From: Catajapyx aquilonaris
Lineage: Eukaryota
NCBI GenBank assembly: GCA_000934665.2
Contig: KZ538022.1
Span: 124,001-184,452, forward strand
DNA: 60,452 bases
Reading direction: 5' to 3'
Shown here: in pieces, positions 24,262 through 38,500 of the stretch
Numbering within the stretch: position 1 is the first letter of the stretch
How the letters are laid out: each line of letters opens with the position of its first letter
Position numbers and translations under genes: made by a program
Notes under the pieces: generated by a model
Seen by the model: only the letters and a program-made list of their open reading frames with translations
What the model was told of the DNA's origin: nothing
Databases searched by the model: none

Positions 24262-27200
24262 CTTTAAAAAAAATCTACAGTTTATCGGCGTGTAAATTAA
24301 ACGCGGTAGAAACTTAAACTTTTTCCTTCCAGAGTTGCCTGGAGACTGGTGTCGAACTTTGCTCTCGACTTTTAAAACCCTGGTAGTGTAGTGTGTTTTA
24401 CAGGTGGAATCAAGCGCGCGAACGCAATTTCGCAAATTAGTTAGGAGAGCGGGGCGTCCGACAAACTTTTTCTGCGGACTGGAACAGGGCCTAGGGTGTC
24501 CAAATTTATCAAAAGTCTGAGCCACAGCTACTAACACACTGAGGGGCAGAAAAAACAACGAAAAAAGGGGCGAATCCCCTGCAGTGAAAAGCAAATTATT
24601 CCCATCGCCTTGGAGCGATGCGATGCCTGGGCTCGAGCAGAATTAAAAGAGCTCTTCTCTGTACAAATGTCGCCCAGGCCTTTGCGGCAAAGAGGATTTT
24701 GTCAGGTCGGAGCAGACTTCACTGTTCTGCGGGGCTTAATTCCCAGGGGCCGCGGTGTAGGTGACTGGAAACCAATTCCGCTTCAACGTCAACGTTGCTA
24801 GAACAAAGAACTCGAGATGGAGAGAGTGACTAGGATAGAAACATGGGAGGGGAAAAAAAGAGGGGGCACTATTTTGAAAATGTATTTCGCAGGTCGCGGG
24901 GCTTGAAAAATTAGAAAAACTACTCGCATCGGCGCACACGCAGTTTCAGAAAACTCTCAGTTTGATGACCTGTGGGAATATGTGCTGGATATAACGGGAC
25001 CTGCACAGACTATTGCACTGGCACAATAGCAGCCTGTGCAACTATTGAACGATAGAAAGCTATAGGGTTTCCTTTATATGTCGTTTTGTTCGGAATTTTT
25101 TTTCCACAGTTTCTCAGACATTTTAACTAACAGTTACTAGCTAACAACGGTAGTTTAACTTGCCAAAGTGGCACTGAGCACGTTTTAAATGAATGAATTT
25201 TATATACAAAAATATTTAACTGTAATCAAAAATACCTGGTTTCTATAACCTATTCCACAATCTGCAATTTTACACGTTTTGCATATTCATTTATCCGATA
25301 AATTGTAATGGGATTTTTGAGGGTTTAAAGTTTCAATTTCACTGCTTCTGTACAGAGACTTACGCCTCCGGGTGTCGGAACCAATTACGACGTAACTTGG
25401 GTAGAGAGACGATGAGTACAAATGAAAATACCTCCAGCGCAACATTTCATTTTAAAAGCATAGTTTTGCAACCACATCAAAAGCCTTGCTTGTTCGCCCC
25501 CCAACTATGCACAACGTCTCATAATGAGTGAATAATTATTAGCCTCCCTCTCTACGTTATGCACATAAAAAGTCTAAAAAATACCAGAGAGTTTAATTAA
25601 ACATTGGCTGGAGATAACTTGTCACCGACACCGATCTACATACACACACTGAGGAAGAACAATGCTGGAGCCTCCCCACCCCTAGAATGCAAAAATGATC
25701 CCAGCAAACTGTTGGCAAATGTGACATAACTTGTCACTATTTATACAATCCATGGGCCTTTCAACCACTCGGGGGTGTGCCGTCAACTGAATGTCAGGCC
25801 TCACTCTTTTGTATTCATTGTCCGAATCGAAAACCAACCTCCGGCCTACCTATGCTTGCGGTTATGCTAACCTTCATTGTGCTCTGAAGAGAGCTGGGGG
25901 AAAAGCCCAATATTTGACATGTACAACGGCAACATGATGCGGCAACAACACACATGATGTCAGCCTGAAGGGTGGGCTCGACATATTTGAATCGACGTCA
26001 CTTTTTTTCCAGGTTTTGAAGGGTGCTGGGGCAGGACCACATGTCACTGATGCCCTGAGGCAACAGGGCTGATGAACCTCTGGTAATTATTAGTACATAG
26101 CGTCTTATCGCCCTCAGTTATTGCTGGGACTGATTTGGAACCGCACTGGCTGAAACTGGGCTGAAAAGTATACTTTGCCTCAGGTCCAGTGAATCCAACA
26201 AGCCGCAAACTACATTATTGGCGCAATTCCCGTGTCAAATCGCAAAGAAATTGAGCCCAGGCAGCCAACTGATACCAAATTCTGCTCCTTACCGCTCCCT
26301 ACAGAAGAAAACAAGCAAAGCCTCATAAATCACAGGAAAAAGGGAGCAGAAAAGAAAAAGGGGTGGTTTAGCCCTTCCTCCCCCCAAAAAAGCCCCCTTT
26401 CCTTCCCGCTTTTCTGCAGTGCCGCCAAGAAACTGACCAGTCGATTTAATTCAAGGTTCGAGGCCGCCTATTGAGGGCTGCTGGCCACTTGTTCTCAAGC
26501 CCACCCACTGCACGTATAAAAAAAAAGCTTCAGCCCCCAGACGTCAAAGTGACCAGTCTTCCCCCCCCCCCCCCCTTTTTTTTCCTTTTTTCTGCAAAAA
26601 AAGAAGCCAGCTACCACTAGAAAGAACTGGAGGAAAAAAGAAGAAGGCAAGAAGCAAGGGAGGGAGGGATGATTGAAAGACCGGTGAGGGGAGGTATACT
26701 TTCAAGCTATATGTACTTCTTTTTTTTACAGTGCGAAAAAATCCCTCCTTAGCTTCTCTCCTCGGCTCTCTTTAATTGACTTTCTTCGCAGGGTTGTCTT
26801 GCCCACCAAACTACAGAGAAGGACTATATACAAGAGGTTAGTTTACCGGCGATTTTAAGCCGAATCATTGCCACCATTTTGAAAGAATCGCGAAAAACAG
26901 AAGTAACTAATATATGCTGAAACAGTAAACGCAACTTGATATTATACAATTATTGAAAGATTCAAGCAGCTTAGAGCACATTCATTAATTTGAACACAGT
27001 CATAATTGGTTTTTTGTCATGGTCTCGGTAGTCTACATGTACGAAAGTACTGCATCGCGTTATAGAGTGTCTTTTTTAGGGGAAAAAAGGAGGGAGTGAC
27101 CCCCCCCCCCCTTCTCTCTCAATGGAACCTGTAGGAAGAAACGAGAGTCGACTGCTGTCTGTTTGAATTACGCGAAACTTTTCCAGCATTCAGTTGCTCT

Positions 27201-28022
27201 CGTGCACACTCCTGGAACCAGGGTTACAAACAAGGCTCCTTTTACGTAAATATTGTTGTGTACTTTTAACGACTAAAAAGCAATGTGGTTAACAATCCCA
27301 CCCCGCAAGTGAAATGGAAATAAAATGTAACCAGCCTACGACCTCGCTCGTAAACTCAGTGACCTGGAGTGTACATGAAAAACGACGTACAAAACTTGGC
27401 ACTAACCGAGAAGGAAAAACTCGAAAGTTAACTCTCGAAGACCCTTCGCCATTTGTTACGCCAACGCTTCATTTACAAACACAAAGAAAAACTTTCTTCT
27501 ATTTTTTCCCCCTCCTTACTCTTTCACTTCTCAGTTTTCCCCAAAATCGTTTGCATCGTCACGAACTTTCTTAGCAGGAGAGGGGGGGTTGTGGAACTCC
27601 CCCTCCCCATCCCACTTTTCAAGGGGACAAAACCTGAGCAATATTTATTTTTAGGAAAAGTGAGACGGTCATTATTGTCGCCGGATAATGAGCGCGAGAA
27701 GTTACACAAATATTCCCCTGCTTATCTGCTAGGAAAAGCGGGGGGGGCTTGAAACTCCACAGATCATGAGTCTGCATTAAATAGGCCTATTTTGTGTGCC
27801 CCCCGCCAACTCCCAAGCCCCCTCTTCCATTTTGGGCCAAACAGCAAACAAACATAAGCACGCTACCCTCATTAGGGCCTCGAAAAGTACAGTCAGATTA
27901 AATTATATTCGGTGCCAAATTAGTTCCGCACTCGGCAATCCCCCTGGGTTTCGAAACAAACAAATCTACTTAAACAATGATTCCGAGTGGGATTGTGGAA
28001 GTACAGAGCGGGATGGGAATGA

Positions 28023-28054
28023 GGGGGGGGGGGGGGGGNGGGGGGGGGGGGGGG
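28023..28054 (+). repeat. Poly-G tract containing an ambiguous base
   Basis: Directly visible; N at 28039. Confidence 0.9.
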
Positions 28055-31000
28055 AGGTAACATGAAAATCTGCGATTTTGCCACCCCCCATTTGATGTGG
28101 TCATGCTCGTACCCAGGCCTCATTTTGTAGTAATAAATTTTAATTTATAGTAACGCAACATGCATGTGCTTATAAACCGGGTTTCCCCGCCTGGGGGGTT
28201 GAGTTAGGGGGTAAAAAATACATAACATGAAGCCAGTGCCCCGTTGTTCTAAGTGAAGTACGGCTGTGCATAGCGTTTGTCATACACTGTAATACCGGAG
28301 GGTTGCATTCATAAGCCGGACATACCTCGGTACACTGCACTATGTACGTATATACAATTCTTTTATGGATATTGTACTTACATAAGTATGACTTCCTGCT
28401 CAGGCCGTAGGCAATTTTCCTGCAAAGACAAAATAATAATTTACACATTAATTGCAAGCAAAATTCTTCCGCTAAATAATAATAATAATTTACATATTGA
28501 ACACCATATGTAATGAGCAGGTATTTCAAGTACGTTCAACGCCACACCGCTAACCACTCGTCCGAAATATGCAACCGGTTTTGAAATCAGATCACATTAC
28601 TGGTACTGGGGCATTCAAGTGCAATGAAAAAATGTACGGCCCTTTATATCACATGTTGGTATTACACAAAGCGATCTTCACAGCATATTATGGAAAAGGT
28701 GTCCCCTTACTGACGGGTTTTGTGGCGAGCAGATGAGACCAACGGGTTGCGGAAAAGTAAGGATAAATGTCACACGATTTTCACACTCTACACAAGTGCT
28801 GTTTGCAAGTTTTTTTATACACCTACTTACAGTACTGTTCATATGCGTACTTCCAGTATACCTTACAGTACAAACTATTGTTGGCCAAATATCGGACCGC
28901 ATTGCCCGCAATGCTTGATGAAAACACACTCATTATATAGTAACCAAGAGGTAGAAAAAAAAGGAGGAAGGTTGGAACAATATTAAAACCGAGTTTCAAA
29001 TAGTTTGCGCCGTACTTGGCTGGCACTGTAAATACCCAGGGGAGTCCCCGGCGCCCAAAAAAGCGGTCGCAATAAAAACAAGCAGTAATTATGAAACAGG
29101 GCAAAAGTATTAAGCCCTCTGCGTTGTATGATGGGATCCAGGTTGATGGATAAAATATGGAGGAAGGCAGGTGGAATAAAAATCCGGGGGACATATCGGA
29201 AGAAAAGTTTTCGAGGCATCATATCGAGTTTTCCCTGCACTATGATAGCGGTGCTCAAAAAAAGTATTCCCAAGACTCCCGCCTTGGGCTTGAAGAACTC
29301 CTAGCAAACAAATTTTTTTCTCCATAGGTTAAAGCATAGTTTACAAATCCTTTTGCCAGCAAAACGAGAGACATGAAAGTTGAAACCAGGACCCGGAAGC
29401 AAACGAGGAAAAAAAAAAGTTTTTCCAAAGCAGGATGAAATATAAATGGTTTTCAGAGTACTTCATCTGGAAACCCAAATACTTCGTTCCGAGTGAGAGC
29501 GAGAGGAAAAAAAAGCAAATAGTAACGTTTCTCCGAACACTTTGGAAGGATAAGCCTACATTTCTGTGGAAATGGGACAGAAGCACATTAAAAGCCTTCC
29601 CCCGCAAAATGATCAAATGGCGAATAGGGACCTCCTTCAAACATGTCATTTGGAACCCATTACCATCTTATGGGCGGTAATTCGACGGTAATTTTACGAC
29701 GCGATGCGGTGCGCAGATTTTACCTTAGTCTTGGCCACGTACCCAAAATGGTTTCAACATGAACAGATTTTGCAAAATTTTAGGCACCAAAAGTTAACTT
29801 GTTCACACAACACGAGACGGTTCGTACAAATCGCAAAGAAAAATATTTCGGGTTATGCATTAACACAATGGCATTGATCTGATTCGTCTCAATGACATTA
29901 AACGCCGCGTTCAGGCAAACCTCTCTGAATACCTCCAGTTTCCATTTAGAGAAATGCGGCACGTAGCATGAAAAGTGTCTCCTATTCAACTTGGGCCAGC
30001 CCTACTTTTCACCGCTTTTCCGCCCAGGTCGGTCCATCACGGGTTGTCCAAAAATTCAACGCCCATCCAGCCAGAGAGAGTCGGACTTTTTTTTTCCTTT
30101 CCTGAGGTGTGAGCTAATCGCGTTAAAAGCCCTGGCTCCCACCGGGTAATTGGGCAGGGCTCGCTTCCTGTACTCAAAGCTCGAACCATTGGGGAGTTGC
30201 ACCTCTGATGGTGGGGGTCCAGAATTCGGGAATCGAATCCGGCAAAGTTGATGCCCGCAAAACCCTGCCCAAGTCGTCAATCCCAGGCGCGAGGGCCTGA
30301 GTTCCCAGAAGCCCCTGTGACGAAATAGGAGCAATTCATCTTAATTAACTACCAAACAGACTACCAATGTACAGAGTTTTGGTCGAATGAAGTAACCTGT
30401 AATCATATATAGGAACAGTCTAAGACACTTCCATCGCTTCTGGTGGCGGGTGGGCTTGGCTAGGGCAGGTTAGGGTTGGGTTAGGAGCAGGTTGGGGCCA
30501 CGTTCATAGTAACAGCCCTATAATACCGGTTATTATCTCAACATTTGTCACCAGTACATTTTCGACTCGCATTGAGCCAACCAGGGATAGTTTTGACTCA
30601 CCCTGTACAGTACAAGGTGAATCAACCAGTAAAACTCAAAATGGAGGATCAGTGTTGAGAAAGATATTTTCCAAATGTCGACGAAGGCCAAAATGGGCCA
30701 CCTGTTAGGGCAAATCTTGGCTCTGATCTTGCACAGCAAACTAATAAAAATCAGTCCGGACTTGAAAAAATCCGCGTAAATCTCCCGGATTTGCCGCATT
30801 TACGCCCAGCCCGGAAATTAAACCTGCAGATTTATCGGCGACGTTAACCGTTTACACAGGGTGCCTTAGAGAGTCAGACGCAGAGCAAAATCATCTTGTT
30901 TGGCAGTGACACAAACTTGTAGGGTCATTCTCACGTTCACAAAATAAACTAGACCCGGTCTATATAGGCCCACTGTTTGTTGCCAACAGTGTTCGTTACC

Positions 31001-32535
31001 GAAATGTCAATTAGTTGGTACAAACAACTAGGACAGGTTGTGGGAATGGTCCAGAAAAAGGTCTGGTCGTTTTCGACGCCCTGAAATGAGCCAGGCTCAA
31101 TTGGTATAGAGGACTCGGAGTCTTTTTCTCGGCTGGACGCAAAGTGGAGGATCCAAGAGTGGTGTGTGTTGGGGGAGAGAAGAAGAAGAAGAAGCCTCTC
31201 TGGAAATGCAATTAGGGGAAACCAAATCGAATCAAGGAGTCGGGGCGAAGGAGCAGCTGCAACGCCTTTACCAAGAGACCTCTGTAAAGTCTACAGCCCA
31301 CGTGGGACCAAACGTCTTTTCAAGCGATTTCGGGGTGTCCTTAACATAAGCCAAACACCGACAGAAGGCAGAAGAAAACGTCATTCTTGCAATCTCACGT
31401 TTCGCTTTCCAATAGCTCTTTACCATGTAAATATTCAGCAAAAATCATGAAGATATTCACAGGCGGTACAAGACGGACAGAAATATTGCGGATACAAACC
31501 CACACAAAAATTCAGTAGAGAAATTGAGTTTTTTCTTCCTCAAAGTTTGCATGGAAAACTGGGGGAACTAATTAGCGAGATATGTTTCTTTATGCAGAGA
31601 AAGCGGTTTCATCTTTAAAGTTTAGGGTCGAGGATATCGCTCAAATACGAAACAATGTCATTATTTCCCCACAGCTGAACTTGAAGAGAAGACGGAAAAT
31701 TATTTCTTGCCCGGAGCAAAAATTAATTATTCTCCGCCCGCAAATGAAGTTCTGCGCCAATTGCTCATTTAAGGGCACCATCTTGAAACGGCGCATTATT
31801 GAATCAGCAATTACGACTTGAGGGGAGAAGAGAAAAGGAACGAAGGGGGCTGGAGAGAGGAACCCAAAGCCACAAGGAAGGGCGTGATTTAATTTGCCCG
31901 TTTAATGTTGTGCACTTTAAGACTCCATAATCACCCAACAAATAAAATTTGCATACGCTCCGAGAGAGAAAAAACTGGGCAAGCCCAAACCGGCTGACCG
32001 TTGAATTATGTAGGATTAATACAACGTCCTGAATGACATGCCCAGCACCCATACCTTTTTGAAATGGAAAAAAAATATAAATACAGAATCAGTGTCCTGA
32101 CATGCATGTAGCATATACTCACGCAGGGCATAAATCTCTGGCGGAGAGCATGTGCATGCTGAATCCGGTTGCATTAAAGGGATAAGCGACGAGCATGGAT
32201 CCGCAAATGGAGTTTGCCTGTTACATTACTAACCTGTCATTTTTTTCACAGATGCCCGTCAGTTACGCGCATTTTTTAAATAATAGTCGACGCCTCGGGG
32301 ACGCTCATTTACACCAACGCATAATATACAAACATGCGCATTTTTAGGTCCTTCTGTATACGTCCTACAATGGATTGATCTATCAGCAATATGGTGCTTC
32401 CCCCAGAAGATATTGTGCCCATAGTATAAGGTAGCGATAGTCGCAAGTGTGCATGGATTCCGGGTCGATGCGCCATCCTGGAGTCAGGAGTTTCCTTCAC
32501 GATGGAAACAGGATTGATTCGATGGCTGGTGGTGC

Positions 32536-32556
32536 NNNNNNNNNNNNNNNNNNNNN
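32536..32556. other. Assembly gap (21 N) abutting a poly-C tract
   Basis: Run of N followed by a C homopolymer. Confidence 0.95.
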
Positions 32557-35500
32557 CCCCCCCCCCCCCCTTCACCCTCCCCCAAAAAAAGGAAGGAAGG
32601 AAGGTATGGCCCGCATAGTCCGTCGCCTCCGAGCATTCCATCGTCCTCCCAACCCGGAACAGGGCCGGATATTGCCACGAAACATGCGGGGGACGTTACG
32701 GGGGACGCGAGCCTAATACAGGCCTCCTAAAAAAGTAAACTGCCTGAGAAAAACACCACCAAAAAAAACGGGGCACATGTGTTTTATGGGTCGGACCCCA
32801 GAGTTGAGCTTCTCAAAACCGGCTGACTTACTTCACATTTTTGCAACAAAATTTTTGCCAATCCAATCCAATAATTGAGATGTCTGAGATAAAAAAAACA
32901 GCAAAATCCACCGATGGGGGTCTACGCAAATACGTGCAGCAATCATGTAATTTAATGTAATTGGGTGTTAATTGCACATTTGCGTATGTATGATTGTATG
33001 GAACTGAACAGCGGCAACATATGAACGTAAAACGTGTTTCAGAATTGTACCAGTGAATCACTGGTTTTTGGTAATTTTATGACCAGTTTTTCCAAGTGCA
33101 CTTGGCTGCTTTTGATCTGGGACCCCTCAATTCACCAACAGTTTCTGCAACAGTAATTTGGGCCCTAACATTATTACATCTAATTAAATGACGGCGGGTT
33201 GTGAATTAGTCTGTACCGAATAAGCCAGTAAAGCAAGTACGCATTATGTCCGGTTGCTAACCGCATTACGAGAATCACAGAATAATTCATAAACAGTCCT
33301 CTTAGTCCGGGAAATCCTTTCGGTGCAAAAACACAGTACTTGTTTACATTTTTTTGGACCGAACAAAAAAAAATTGTGTGCCCGCCTTTAACTTTAATAA
33401 CATGGATAATCTCACGTGATTATGCAGACTCTGTGTATGCACAGCCTCAGATATCGACCGTTTACAGCCTCCAAAAAATACACAGGATGTTCCTACCAGA
33501 TAATGTAGTTTTTTTAATTTTAAAAAATCATATTTTCTACAGTTTTGCGTCCTTTGTCGAATTGCACACTGCGACGTCACTGAGAAAATCTCATTACTGC
33601 TTTATTCTCTAATAACGCCATTCTAGTGAACGTCAGCCGCTCTATTACAACGTTTTAAAAGGCTGCCTTCAAAGGACGTCACACGTTGTTTACCAGGCAC
33701 TGACATCGAGTTTATAACAACGCAATAACTGTTGGTGCCATCAGAATATTGTGTGCTAGAAAATTCTATGACCTCTTGTCAAACCAAACAGGCTCGGGGT
33801 CAAAACGTCAAGGTGGACACTGTACATTCAGACGTCACTGTCAAAAATACAATTTTATTTCATATTTGACAGTGCGCCAAAATCTGGCATCATCCTTCAG
33901 AATTCCATAAAACCCGCCATTTTTTATCCCTTTGAATATTACCCATCCAAAAATATCGCTCAGCAATGGTCCTTCTTTCCTTCCCAAAAAAGTGCCGGAT
34001 AAGATTAGGCGAACGGGCCTGGAAGCAGTGCTCATTAGGCATGAAAAATGGTCCTTAATTCCCTCGGATCATCGTAGGTTTGACATCAAGAAGACGAGGA
34101 GGGGCGAAGACTTTTGCAGCAGATTTTTGGGGGGAGGGGGGGAAAAAAGAAGTGGTTTTTGCGAATGCTCGACACGGGCAGGCCTTTAAAGGCGGGCTTC
34201 CTCTCTTGATGAAAATGGAGGCGACACGCCAAGTCCCGCAGTTTATTGGCGGAGACGACTGAAAAGCTTATTGTGCGAATCTATAGGATCGCTTCAAGGA
34301 AAATCCTCCACTGCAGAAGTCCTTACTTCATCGTACTTTTAAAACACCGACAACCGCAACGACCTCAGAAGAAGAAGAAGAAAAAAAAGTTGGGATCGAT
34401 TGCAAAGAGTGTTTGAAGGAGCGTACAGTACATTTGCATCGCAATTAATTAGATGGAATATCCAGCAGACCCTTTCACTCAAGGAAAAGGCGAGGCGAGA
34501 ACGTTAGGAATTTGGCGAATTTGTGCTGGAGATTCGCGCGGAACGCACCGGGCTTTTCAGGCGGACTGACACACTTCGCTTCTGATGAAACGTCGAGTCG
34601 GTTGGATTCTGTCAAAAGGACGAATTACATGCAGGTCAACTTATACCATCCGCATGCGGGCAGGCTCCTTTAAAAATTTGGGAGAACTTTTATTCCAAGT
34701 CATTCCCTCGAAAATTCCGGTAAAATATTCTGCTCTTATATGCTAAGCCATTATAATATTGGCAATATGTTCATATAAATGTATGCAGATGGGGAGCTTG
34801 TGCTTCAGGATTAAGTGTATAGCAAACAAAATCTGGGTTTAAAAGCATTGGCAAGCTCATGGGAATGATAATGGTAAAAAAAAGAAATTATGCATACACA
34901 AAAGGAGGATCAGGCGTATACGGCCCCCGTCTCTTGAGTGTACAATCGCTGAAATGTTTGCCATTCTTTGACCAGTTTTCAAATCTCTTCAAAAACCGAG
35001 AGACTACGTATTTCCTAGTGTATTCTATATCATACTTCAACCGAGCAGTGTAATCTCTGGCTTTGATCTCTTTCATTTTTAGAGGGCAAAAAAGAAGCTC
35101 CCTTTTAGCATGTGAGTGCCATATATCCGGATGGGAAGTGCACGTTTCCGATTCTTCTATTCGTGGTTCTTCTATACAATACACCGCTCTTTCCATACTC
35201 TATGTAATCCGGCTCGTTAGGTTGAAACAATTCCGCTTATACAGTCCGTACTGTAAAAAATATCTTCATGTAATTTTTACTTGAACAAGATCCCCACAGT
35301 ATCCAAATCCGGCTCGCACGTCCGGCGTCATATCTGAATTCCTCATTATTTTTAATGAACCTTGTGGCAGCAAAGGGCTTCTCTTTTTTGGGGGGAAGTT
35401 GCTGGTGCTAGGTGTGTTAGTAGGAGGGTGGTGAAGCAGGCAATTTGGATGCGGTGCAGTGAGGGGGCCTTGGGGGCCGGTCCCCACCTTGGAGGAAAAA

Positions 35501-38500
35501 CCAAGGCACAGTGTTGCTTTCCAGGCAGCAAAACCCCTCTTCGGCAAACTCAAACATGGGGGAGCCCTATTTGCTCTTGTGGGGAATGGTGGAGGCATCT
35601 TCTTAACCTACCTTTTTTTCTCTAGCTTCAAACTCAACCCACCAGACCTCCTTACAAATTTTGAGCTTGCCGCGAGGAGCTGTGTATCTCCCCGCCAATT
35701 TTCGACCTTTCCCAATAACCTAGGGTTTTTTTTCTCTCGAGGAGAATCGTGCTAGAAATAACGAGGATCAGTCTCGGGAACGAACCGAAGGTAGTTGACC
35801 GCAATATTGAAACAACCGGCCCTCCAACCGTTATATGAAGCAGAGTACAAATATCAACTGGAGAAAAGCCTGTAGTAATTCAATCACAGGACTTATCAAA
35901 TTTATGGTGTACATCGCCTGCAATCTCAAGAAGGTTCGGAATTCAATTTTGCAAAAAAAATGCAAATTTAAAAAAAATTGAAAGGCGCAATATACACTTT
36001 TCTGTAAAATCATTTTTGGCATACTGAGCATTCCCTTTTACAAGTTCGGTACGAAAAATCTTCGGCAATCTGCGACAGCATTTTTTAACAAAAAAGACCG
36101 GACTCTGACAGCAATGATGGCAGACTCCTCCCCCCAAAAAATCGGAGATCCTGAGCACGGGCAGAATCTCGAGTCTACGAATTGAAAAGTATAGACTCTA
36201 AGAAAGCCCAAAAATATACGATATCTCCAGGAGACTCTGGACTCGCCACGGCGTTATATAGTGGTGCCCATGGGAGGTCGTTACACAAGCTCTCTAACGA
36301 ATAAAACTACACGCTGTCTCGAGACTACTGAGAACGGAAGAAAAAAAATGATTCCTTGAGGTAAGAGACTACTTTTCTGTTTCAAAGTCTCGGAATGGGA
36401 ATTTTATACAATGAGATGGGATGGAAAACGTATTTAGGTCTCTCTCCCTCTTTCTCTCGTTTTTTTCTTCCTCTCTATCTCTGAAGACTTCTGGCAAAAA
36501 CTGAAAAAAAGGGGTGGATCGATGTTATAGAAGGAAAGGGATTTCAAAAAGTTGAGTTAATGTGAACTTTTTTTCGGTCCTGAAATGAAGCACTGCCGCT
36601 CTTTACGAGTCGATGACCTTCCCAAAATTGTCCGAATAATCTCTCACTTATCGGAACATTTCGGAGGGAGTGAGCAAGCAACCCATTTCATATGCATGGG
36701 TTCGAGATATGTAACACACATAATGGGGTTTGTTATATCCTGTGCCGGAAAGCATTAGGCACGGACAACGACCCAACTAACAATGTCCTATGGGGTCCTA
36801 AAGAAGCACTCAATTTCCCTGAGAGAGCGAGAGAGAGGATTGGGGGAAAAGGACTGGAGGTCTGGAGGTAGAGCTGAGGCCATTGATAATGGCAATTACC
36901 CATTTGCAAACCCTCCTTGCTTTGCATGCATTCTGAATAACTCAAATGGAGGATTCGACATTCGGAGAGATTCATGGCGACGGTTTTCTAGCGGAATCGG
37001 AGGCAATTTGCACGCTGTGGGTCCGACGTAAACACCCGTTTTCCAGCACAAACTCAATCCGACTGGTTTTGGGGTGGTGGACTGAAATAGTGCGGCCAAT
37101 GTTTTTGGGAGAGAGGCTTGCCACTATAAAGGGCATGCCATCTGCAAAATGCTGTACATTGAATGGTACATTCGGCAAATAAATTGGCTGTCAGTAAAAA
37201 AATAAATTAAGCGGAGGCAATATTGCTTCAGGAAATGGGACTGCCATTGTTACGAGTATAAATAAATTTCAGGATTATTTGTAAACTGGCCGTGGGCAAG
37301 ATAATTTCTAGGTTAATTAGCACATCCAGTAAAAAAAACTGTGTACTCGACTAGTACGCGAATTTTGTCACTGCGGTGTTTCAGGCACTGCGTCAATTGT
37401 TAAGCCTTAACCAACAAAGCGCGCGTAACACTTTTCAACGACACCAAAAACTACGAAACCGTTCAGCAGTGTACTAGCGTTAAACAGGGCTTAACATGTA
37501 CTCAGAGAATGCAATTTACACTCTCAGGAATCAGAGAGCTTGGTGCATCGAGGGAGTGCAGTCTGCCCTATTTCCCACATCCCGCAGGAATCCTAGGGAT
37601 CAAATAATGAGAGGCGCGTGACTGGGTCCCTGGGTTTTTCGGGGGTGTTCCGATTGCTTTTGATGCACTATTTATACGGCCCTGGTGGGGGCCGCCCCGG
37701 GGCGCAAGTCCCGCCGGGCAATGGCCCCCCTCTCCATTTGTCTTTCTTAGCTCCAGGGCGCTTAGAGACGAGCCGCGTTGAAATTTTTAAAAGCAATTTG
37801 TCCGACCCCGAAGGGTCTCGGGGATTGGAACCCAAAAAAGGCTCAGGGTTGGAATAATAATATAGAGAAAAGCGGGTACCAGAAGGTGCGCTGCCCTGAT
37901 GAATGGTTTACCCGGGGGCGAGCCAGCAGCAACAAGACACTTTGAATCATGAATTATGAGGCCAGGACACATACTCTGTCAGGGTAACCCAATAGCTTCC
38001 AGTTGAACCAGCTTTAAAAAAAAAATCCGGCGTGTAAGAGAGAAATCGCTGGATGCGGGAGAAAGTTAGGGGTATCACGGTCCACGTCTTTCTCCGGAAA
38101 TCTTGGGGAGGTCGTAATTACGCGGCTAATTAGAGTTTCTGGCAGCAAACTGGGTCACAAGCTAGTACCTTGCATTTTTCCGCCATATCTTGGCATTTCT
38201 GGCAGCTCCCAAAACTTTATTATCGGGCGAATCTGATAAGAGGAAAACTGTCCAACTTTGCGCGCCATCTGCGATTAGTTCCGAGGCGTCCCGCTTGGTA
38301 GCGCCCCCCGCATAAAAATGGCCGGCAACCGTGGTCGACTCCTGCGATAAAATCCCGGAGTCTGTATCGGCTATAAAGGAATTGATTGTCTCAAAATGTT
38401 CGTGTCTAACACACTCCAAGAGCTTGCGACTTGATCGAATCAGGCGACAATCCTCAGCGCACGTAAAAAGAATCCATCAAACTGGCCCCCCCTTCTTCTT

